Assembly (NCBI GenBank): GCA_964019335.1
Contig: OZ025671.1
Coordinates: 62,001 to 126,000 of the forward strand
From: Diplonema japonicum
Lineage: Eukaryota > Protista > Euglenozoa: Diplonemea
Direction of reading: 5' to 3'
Length of the DNA stretch: 64,000 nucleotides
The translations under genes and the position numbers were made by a program. Below are positions 56,501 through 64,000 of the stretch, piece after piece (positions within the stretch are counted from its first letter, which is position 1; every line of letters starts with the position of its first letter). The notes under the pieces were generated by a model. It was given only the letters and a program-made list of their open reading frames with translations. It was not told the DNA's origin and ran no database searches.

Positions 56501-57813
56501 TTCTCTTTGTGTGCCTTCACCGCGGACTCCCCGGGTGCAGGCCTGTCAACGTCGTGCAGGATCTTTCTGTGTCGCATCTCTTTTGCTTTTCGCAGTTCTT
56601 GCTGCCGCCGTTTCATCTTCTCCGCAGCCTCACCAGACACAACCTGGCCCACTAACTCATTGATGATGTCTAGTGCTATAAGGACTGTGACCTTGTTGCG
56701 GTCCTTCAAGAAATCTGCGCTAACTGGAAGAGGTGCCCTCTTAAGCTGTTCCCTGGATGGATGGGCCCTTTTCTCGACCAGCCTCTTTTTTACCTGTTCC
56801 CGCTGCCGCATTTTCTTGGCCAGTCTCTGTTTGCCGCTCCCGTCAAGCACCCCTTCCACAACCTCCGCCAAGATGTCACCGCACATCAGATAGCTGCTTT
56901 TATTGACCGGCTTCGACAGCCTAAGGGGGTTGCTCGATGCCTGCGACATAGGCGACGCGCCTATTTTGTGGGAAGTGAGGATGCCTTCGATCTTCTTCTT
57001 CAGGCATTGTCCTTGCCGCTCCTGTTTAAGTTCCTCCGCCTTCTTCTGCTCTTCCTTCTGACGGAGTTTGTCTTTCCGCTTGGCACTTATGATGCTGATC
57101 GCTTGCCGCTGCTTCTCATTGAGGGACACAGGTGCTTGGTACTCAAATGCCTGCTTCACCTTTTTCGATCTTTTTGCCCTCCCTCTCTTGGGAGAGTTGT
57201 GGGAAGATGTACTTGGTGGGGCTTTCGTAGGAGATGGGACAGGCATGTACGGTGGCACACTTGATGCGCGGCTGAAGACATCTTGAGATGTAGGTGTCGC
57301 AAGCTGGGGAGACCTGCTGACGGGCTGATACTGGTAAGAGTAGCCCGCCTGTGTGGTACTGTGGCCGACACTGATTTTGTTGAGATGGTTGCAGAGATGG
57401 TTCAGGAGATCGATCAACATGTCCACGTCACCGGCCACTATAAGCTCCAGGTCCTCGTCATCCAAGTTGTAGGCAAAGGCAGTCAGCATCTTCTGCAGCA
57501 CCCTCCAGTTAAACAGTCGCATGCTGGGGGAGCAGTAATCTTCCTCATCACATCCCAAGGCTGTTACTTCCAACGGGACTGCAAGCTTGCTTCCCATTTG
57601 CACAAGCAGCCTGTGCAGCACATATCCGTTCTCGAGAAGATCGCTTTGCAAGATATTCAGCTCCGCCACACCCCCCTGCACGCTGCTGTGTAGCCCGCCA
57701 TTGATACGAAGCCACTCCGCCAACTGCGTGCTTATGTGCATGCAGCCTCCTGTGTGACGTGTCTGGTAAGAAATAAAAAAATAAACAAGTCTATATGCAT
57801 CTAAATCTAACAC
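53506..57813 (-). CDS. Large protein: CH-like N-terminus, charged coiled coil, CAP/SCP domain, acidic tail
   Basis: LENGYVLHRLL..RLFNWRVLQKML (CH-like) and GLTLAARQHAADL..HVGSD..DRLKRYG..DGDVTRKSRHDIF..TSVGIG (CAP). Probable start ~57741. Confidence 0.8.
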   Translation of the reverse strand: MLDLDAYRLVYFFISYQTRHTGGCMHISTQLAEWLRINGGLHSSVQGGVAELNILQSDLLENGYVLHRLLVQMGSKLAVPLEVTALGCDEEDYCSPSMRLFNWRVLQKMLTAFAYNLDDEDLELIVAGDVDMLIDLLNHLCNHLNKISVGHSTTQAGYSYQYQPVSRSPQLATPTSQDVFSRASSVPPYMPVPSPTKAPPSTSSHNSPKRGRAKRSKKVKQAFEYQAPVSLNEKQRQAISIISAKRKDKLRQKEEQKKAEELKQERQGQCLKKKIEGILTSHKIGASPMSQASSNPLRLSKPVNKSSYLMCGDILAEVVEGVLDGSGKQRLAKKMRQREQVKKRLVEKRAHPSREQLKRAPLPVSADFLKDRNKVTVLIALDIINELVGQVVSGEAAEKMKRRQQELRKAKEMRHRKILHDVDRPAPGESAVKAHKEKIEEQRREALKKELEANAAQNKKREARQQAARKLLENERLERISRERNQQEEAEKRQNEEEMKKQEKEMKREREKERKKMEIQMFKERQESAKLAKEEREEAIKKLEVDERKRREKRNEKDKERLSHWIKEQQEAGKRKPPHQAPRVKNAEVKPAPVKIKRPPIPVVQDETELPVMSCVANLPSAGRGDTKGERFMTQLELNVLDLLAQGREGPDSLADLIKSRVGTFKTAHAMRLKVNGVKTSIRTSEGITCCEEALQFVSTQRKVCPFRDYPAGLTLAARQHAADLTQHYPYKVTSDHVGSDMTALPDRLKRYGRSEKRCSESVFMLTLPHKPLAEPSLQDTNLSELIVADLLCADGDVTRKSRHDIFNTLFTSVGIGHSTSVYLSKEKGRWFRTDAVVVVYSQGFIDKPVGTMINNFMSTLHSVAPSFVDVDASPMPVGVGAAPKPKSVSIDSPLVTSVGDDAAADEAVQRVLTYGTDERRTSLEEATRIIMGEPSPVSKHNGHVASEDNKDDNEVPEAIAGIANTLLAVNQAEVQTEESDEHEAQQSISEQEVTSEAVAEDERLDAGGGDMLGGHDHAGHVEERAEDVENNDQRGQLDAVDLEEQPEGSAVDDEPTDDIAPGAGVADEAKTDNGDEESEVLNAAVLTRSEEPMDATERIETAPDEGVVPVGNIDAEAASDAVLEPAESVDDVAGRQIGSEEAALEEGDLVAVESNGVADVVTDGHGIAAEQQTAEHAADSEMDKEKDATSHGEWERRESSDTSASTDLGVATEDRPSVDPKVVSEIASEVLEDHETGKQTPIEQGKGQEDVEAESSVSSAEDSIDGNKEQVPEAHASEKKLAECVHERQEGDTQADGDGHPEKAAAGDSEGTADEEVQERGQAESDAQMVASGASSEEVDEAEYVEEVHETANAPGKTETEPEEAETEAEDEEEAGDADREGTTQVSENTDVSHIAGDATADKSERDLKEDNSSSEQGVSDDNLQGEEHAIGLY

Positions 57814-57826
57814 TTCAGGACTCGCA

Positions 57827-59768
57827 TCAAGCCTGTATACCGTTCACCAGCTGCTGCAGGCAGACCACAGACGTAGGGACAACCTTTGCACAGTTCTCCG
57901 TTCGGTACTCCAAGAGAGCAAGTGCTTGCTGGGCGAGCTCTTCGGAGCGATGTACTTCTGCTTTGAGCGAAAGAAGGAGACACTTCTCAGTGAGGGTGAC
58001 CTTGAAAGTGTTCTCAATGTATACAAGGTGCTCAGTAGAAAGCACTGCGCGGTCGTGAGGTGTGTCGCAAGGGGCTGGGCTTCCTGTGGGGGTCATGAAC
58101 ACAGTTGGCTGCTCTTCGTTGTCATCGGCAAGCCATGAGGTGCTGGGCACCTTAGCGGAGGGGCTTCTTGTATCACACAAGACGACCTGTGCCACTAAAA
58201 GGTGCCAGGCCACCCTGGACCCCACGTTGATGCTGTGCCTCTTGTCCCACGTTTTCAGGAGCAGCCTCTGAGCAAGAGCGTACTGTCCTCCTTTGATGTG
58301 CCCTGCGGCGATCAGAAGGTCAATGTCCACAAGCTCCTGCACCATCCCCACTGCTGCCGCCATGCTTGCGGCACTCGCGAGAAGTGTGCTTGTCATGTGC
58401 TCGTTCCCGCACCGCACATGCACCCGTGAGAGCAGCACCCCGAACCGCACGACCCATGCTGTGTACGAGTACGCCCTGGCAGCGTCGAGCCCATGGCGTG
58501 CAGCGTGCATGGCCTCGTCGTACTGCATCACACTGTCGTCGATGAGGCATTCGATCCTGAAGTGAAGTAGGTGGAAATAAAGAGGGACTGGGGTGTCTGG
58601 CGTGGGCAGGATCGGGCCCCGTGCCTCCAGTCCTTGCTGGGCCAACTGCGCGGCTGCCAAACACCCGCCGTCTCTCGCAACGCATTGAGCGGCGGCGTAG
58701 ACAAGTGCCTGGTACAGCAGCGCGTTCTTGTGCACTTCATCGCTCATCGCAACACGTGCCACCTCAGCACACCCCTGGGCCACGTCACGTGCTGTGAGGA
58801 ACTGATGCAACGCTTTCTGCAACACTATGTGGACAGCCTGAACAGGGAGCTCGTCGCACTGCGGGACAAGAAGACCCTTGAGGCTCAAGTCGTGAAACGA
58901 CAACTGGTGCAGCACCTGACTACGCAGCACAAGCCCCGTCAGGTCGTGCCACTGGGAGGAGACAGTGTGCAGCTTTGCAGACCTCAATGCTGCCCACACA
59001 CCGGGGATGATGGGAGAGTAGCACTTCATACACGAAGGGTCGAGGATGCACCAAGCTGCAGCAGGGTTGCAAAGCACAGAACGAAGCAGAGTCTCCTCTT
59101 TGCCCTCTTCCTTCCGGAAAACCCTCGAGTTCCCACCTAGCACTGCAGGTTGTTCACCAGGCTGAGTCACACCAATGACACCCCCTACTGTGTGGGTGTC
59201 GGGCTCCATCTTTAGTCTGTGCAAGGGAATAAGGAAGGGGTCCAGCTGCTCTCTGTGCTTATCCATCAGCAAAGGAAAGGAGAACCTCATAAGGGCCAGC
59301 ATCAGGTACAGGTGTCCCCTGACGTTGTCGCTGGCATCCTCGAAGAGGCGGAAGGCGTAGATGAGCTCCTCAGTTGCGTCATCGACCTTGCCCTCCTTCA
59401 AGCAGAGGGAGACGATGTAGTACCCACACAGGGCGAGGATGTCCTTGCTGCTGGAGGAGAGGCCTGCGCAGATGGCTTCGTCAACACACTTCCGTGCCGA
59501 CGGGTAGGAGCCGAAGTGGATGTGAATGTACGCCATGTGAAGAAGCCCCCAGCCACATGTGGCCTTCAGCACACCCGATCCAGAGTTGCTTGCTGCTTTA
59601 GTGTCAAAGTGTTTGATGCAGATTTCAAGAGCACCTTGCTTGTTCCCGTCCTTGACCATTTCGTGGAACCCCGGAGGCACCTCTTCGACCTCCCTGCTGT
59701 GCGGCACGGCCTTCACGCACGTGGCATCGAGCTTGTCCACCCATGACAGGGACGGTGTGGGGTACTCC

Positions 59769-59800
<32 letters not shown>

Positions 59801-60316
59801 ATCTTCTTCAACCTCCTCCTCCTCCTCTTCGTGTTCTTCCTCAACCCCGTCATGCGTTAGAAGCCATGCGGCAAGAGCGGGCTCTTCTGTGTGGGTTCTG
59901 ACGGCGATCCACAGCACATCCTGTTCGAGGAAGTGGTATGTCTTCCAGCGAAGAGTGATGTCCCTGACGAACCTGGCAATAAGGGAGTAGCCGTAGGAGA
60001 AGGTCGTTAAGAGGGATTGCAGGTCCACGAAAAAAGTGTGGACACCATGCAGGGAGCGGGCCATGGCTTGCAGGGACTTCCGGATCTTGTTAACGGCACC
60101 CTTCGGCAGACAGCCTCGCAACTTGTCCACACACACGACCAGACCCTCTTTAGGGGGGCACTCTAGCCATTTGCATATCACCTTGAAGAACCTCTTCCCG
60201 CCCCTTCGATGCCCGTGGTACAGGATCAGCCCTAGCATCACCTCATCGAGCTTGATCTTGCGTTTCGCTACCATTCTGGACACCATTGCAGCAGCCGCTG
60301 TGTCGGGTTGGGGCAT
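57827..60316 (-). CDS. APC5: Anaphase-promoting complex subunit 5-like TPR protein
   Basis: SLIARFVRDITL and KHFD...GLLHMAYIHIHFGSYPSARKCVDEAI match the APC5 pattern. The track's N-terminal 47 aa is homopolymer sequence; start taken as ATG 60316. Confidence 0.65.
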
Positions 60317-61463
60317 GTTTAGTTTTCTTATTCCTTTTTCTTTTCCTTTTTCTCCCCCCCTTTTTTTGGTGTGAAAAAGAAAAAGCTGTCGCGAAAAGGC
60401 ATGATAGAAATTAAAAAAAAAATTAAAGAAAAAGGAAAAAAGAAAAAAAAATGACATGCAGTATGCCGTCAGGCCCCGTTAGTCCTCCTTAGTGTCATGG
60501 ATGCCAATTCAGGGTGGTGCCTCACTCTCGTGCGGTGGAGGAGGCTATGGCAACCACAGTCCGCGATAGATAATGGGACAGGGCCGTCTGTGGTGCACTG
60601 CATTAACTAAAGAAAGAATGGTATAAAAAAAGGGAGGGGGGGGGGGGGGAGTAGGAACATTACATTTAGGGCAGCGGGGTGAGGGGGGTAAAAAAAATTC
60701 AAAGAGAAAGAAGGCTTGGAGTGGGAACGATAATATAATATGGAAGAAAAAAAAAAAGTAAGTACTATTCTTTTTGGGGGAGAGAGAGAGAGAGAGTAGT
60801 GAAGTTTAGTAAAAAAAAAGAAGTGAATAAAAATCTTTCAAAGTGATTTCGCGCGTGCAAATATGAAAGAAAAAAAAATAACAAAGACGCGCAACGTCAG
60901 ACTTATGCGCGAAGAGTTACAAGTTTTCCTGGCACTGCGGGGGGGGGGGGGGGGGGGGATATGGTCAGTAGTTCTTGATAATGTTGCTACCTAACCATTC
61001 GTTCTTTTATTTTTAATTTTTTTTGCTGGGTTAAAATAAAGTAGTTTGACTTGTTGATTTTCTTTTCTTCTTTTCTCTTAAATGCTGGGCCAAGGCGTCG
61101 GCTAAGCAACCGATAAAATATAAAAAAAGAAAAAAAAAATAATATAAAAAAAAAAAAAGGAAAGGAACAGCACATGCCCAGTTTCTTGAGGTAACAATTA
61201 CACGCGAGAGCATGTGATCCAAAAAAGAAAAGGGGGCTTAGTTTTCTCTTTTCTTTTTTTTTTTTTATTTCTCTTTTTTTCTTTTTTCTTTTTTTGGTTT
61301 GAACAAATATGAATTGTGCTGAAGGAGGATTTGGGAAGAGAAGAAAAAGGAAGAAAAAAAAAGAGAGAGAAAGAGAGGCACCAAGGCACCAAAAACAAAC
61401 AAGACCGGTGTACTACCTGGCGGTCTTCATGATGTCCCCCCCCCCCCCCCCCCCCCCCCCCAG

Positions 61464-61649
61464 GGCTATGCTGGCAAGAAACGGGGAAACCTTTGTTTCC
61501 GTTTCCTTAATTTTCAGATACTTATGGAAACGTTTTCTTTTCTTAAGGGAACGGCCCCAAAATTAGGAAACGTTTCCGTATCTGTTACCTTAAAAAAAAA
61601 AAAAAAAAAAAAAAAAAGCTTAGAAACGCGTTTCCTTGCCAGCATAGCC
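61464..61649. mobile_element. 186-bp MITE
   Basis: 15-bp perfect TIR GGCTATGCTGGCAAG / CTTGCCAGCATAGCC and internal GGAAAC/GTTTCC motifs; TSD unclear. Confidence 0.75.
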
Positions 61650-61656
61650 ATAGGGA

Positions 61657-62037
61657 GGGTCACATGGTCCTTAAAAACGAGGTAAACGTGAACAAAAAAG
61701 TTTTTAAAAATTTCTTTTTCTAAGGTTAAAAGATTCCTCTGAATTAATCAAAAAAAAAAATCAAAATTCGCCAGATTAGAGATTTTGAAAACAGTGACCC
61801 ACAGTACCTGAAATTGCAGAAACAAACTTACCATCCTAACCTCGAGAAAATGATAGATATTCATCCCACTACGCAAGGCTGTACTCTGCCGTTCAAACGG
61901 TAACGGCGTCCTAAAGAGCCGGCAGAAATCGATTTTTTGGTCGCTCGAGAAAGGAGTGTGGTACATGGGTAAGGCGGCTCCAGTACTCTGCATTTGCGAA
62001 TTTGAAAAAAAACCACTTTACCACTACCATGTGACCC
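61657..62037. mobile_element. 381-bp MITE
   Basis: 12-bp TIR GGGTCACATGGT / ACCATGTGACCC; the right half is related to 45490-45596. Confidence 0.7.
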
Positions 62038-64000
62038 CCCCCCCACCCTTTTCCTTTTGACTATCTTTCCATGTCCAATTCTAAGCCACGGCGTTTCTTT
62101 TTTTTCCATTTTCTTCCATTCTTTTTTTGAAAAAAAAAAAAAAAAAAAAAAAAAGAAGTAAAAACCCATCTGGCTTGTATTTTGCACTCTTTTTTTTTTC
62201 TTTTTTTCTTTTCTTCTCGTTTTCTTTTTCTTTTCCTTTTTATCTTTCTCTTTAAAGGGGGGGGGGGGGGGGGGCAACTTTCTTCTCGCTGATGTCAGAA
62301 CTGTGTGCGTGGCACGAGAGGTCTCTCAAGCGCCAAGTAGCACACAAGGGGGATGAGACGATCCTGGTGGTACATACTACTTTCCCCCATTCTTCTTCTT
62401 TTAACTCTTTTTTCTTCCTTCTTCTTAGCCACGGAATGGAGAGAGAGAGAGAGAGATGCTTCAGTTCCCCCCCCTTTCCTTCGAAAGTTCAATCAACTGT
62501 AAATATATGAAATATGAAATCCCCTCCTGAAAAGAGTGAGATATGTGTGTGTGTGGGGGGGGGGGGGGGGGGGGAGAGAGAGAGAAAAAAAAAGAAGAAT
62601 GCACGTTTCTCACCTAAGAAGAAAGGTTTATTTTTTTCTTTTTTCTTCTGTTTTGTTCCTACTACAAAAAAAAAAAAAAAAAAAAAAGAAAAGCCACATA
62701 CTCGGTGAAAGAAATCAAATAAGAATCGGCATTGGTTTCTCGTCGGGGTGGGGGGAATTTCCTTCTTGTTTTTTTTTTTTTTTTAAACCCATAAAGGACC
62801 TCAAAGAAAAAGAAATTTGGCGCGTAACATTTCCTTCTTCTGGCCAAATACATAGCTCCCTAAAGTAATAACAAAAAAAAAAAACGGTGAATAAACCATT
62901 TTCTTTGGCCGAACTGGGGATGGAAGAACTTGAGGCAAAAAAAAAAAAAATTAAAGAGAGGAACAGGGTGGATGTGAAAAAAAAAAAAGGGAGGGGTGGG
63001 AAAGATGCACAACATCCCTTACTTCTTTGACCGTGTGTCACCTCCTAGTTTTTTCTTTTTTTCCTTTTTTTTTTTTTTGTTTTTCAAGAGCGCTAGCTAG
63101 AAGAGCGACAAGGTAAGAAGGGAAAGAAAAAAAAAAAACGATTTTTCTGCTGGAAGTCCAAGGTGAATCGTGCGAGCACCTCACGAAGCTTCTCCCCGCA
63201 GAATCCTGGCCCCTGAACCTCACAAAGACAAGGCTCCCGATATATTTCGCGCCTCTTTCTAACACCCTAAACAAAAAAGAGCTGGTTGCATTCGCAAAAG
63301 TCGAAGTTTCTTTTCTCCTTCTTCATCTTTTTTTTTCCTCCCTCTCACCTCACTTCAAAAAAAAAAAAGAATAGGGTTTTCGCAAAAAAAAAAAAAAAAA
63401 GCCAATCAACTGCTTAGTCTTCCTCTTTTTTCTCCTTTATTGCACGTGGACCGTGTGCTCCTGCTGGTGTAAGTAGAAAAAGAAAATGAGAAAAAAACCC
63501 CTACCCGCCCTCCTCTTGCTGGTGTGAGTTTCTAAATAAAGAGAGGTTTAAGTTACGAAGGGGAAAGAAGAAATATTTCGCTCTTTATCTCCTCCCTCTT
63601 TTGTTTTTTTTTTTTTTCGCGAAAAACCAGTGGGCCCATTTGGCACCGCTTCATCTGATTTTCCCATTTTCTCTCCTCTGGCTGTCCATCGTGTACTTTC
63701 TCAAAAATAAAAAAAAAAAAAAATAAAAAAAGAAACTTTCTTCTTCCATAAAAAGGGGGTTTGTGTGCCTTCATAGTGCCTGCTTTTCCCTCCTTCCAGC
63801 AAAGACAGGCACCTTTGCACATTGAATACCTGGATCACGAGCAAGGAGACCAATCAACTATAGGGGGGAGGAATGTGTTATTCTTTTCAAAAGTGTCAAT
63901 AAAAAAAAAAAAAAAAAAAGAAAGAGCAAGGTTGGGGGGAGTCCTGAATTAAAGAACACCTTGTATGGATTTCTTTTTTTTTTCTTCCTTTTTCTTTTGA

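Noticed and set aside
1-60316. Stop-codon reassignment
   Set aside because: TAA, TAG and TGA all terminate recognisable genes, and frame breaks resolve as introns.

Overview
Eukaryotic DNA, most likely a euglenozoan and probably a diplonemid. This is an inference from a BILBO1-type gene, a kinetoplastid-type cyclase fold, IFT20, all genes on one strand with tiny intergenic gaps, and 31-44 nt GT-AG introns. The window has two sharply separated compartments. The first is three compact, GC-balanced gene blocks (1-8468, 36239-40704, 46131-60316), all on the minus strand. They encode an ankyrin protein, a DnaJ-SPRY-dsRBD protein, a TM-RING protein, a UBL-lysine methyltransferase, a degenerate SET protein, Raptor, IFT20, an EF-hand two-pore K+ channel, a BILBO1-like protein, a pseudo-cyclase, a SAM protein, a LEA_2-like protein, a CH/CAP protein and an APC5-like protein. 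The second is homopolymer-rich deserts holding two cold-shock/polyQ paralogues, two piggyBac families, a young 5'-truncated LINE, MITEs and a tRNA-like SINE candidate. Several genes are mis-split or mis-fused in the ORF track, and I rebuilt them by hand using mini-introns. The most unusual structure is a 2.7 kb element (43397-46071) bounded by perfect 21-bp inverted repeats. It carries near-identical internal fragments of other repeats found elsewhere in this window, and two of those fragments end exactly at the same TAAAGAATTATTTGG motif, giving a cassette-like TE-fragment capture structure. All family assignments are by-eye motif recognition; no searches were run.
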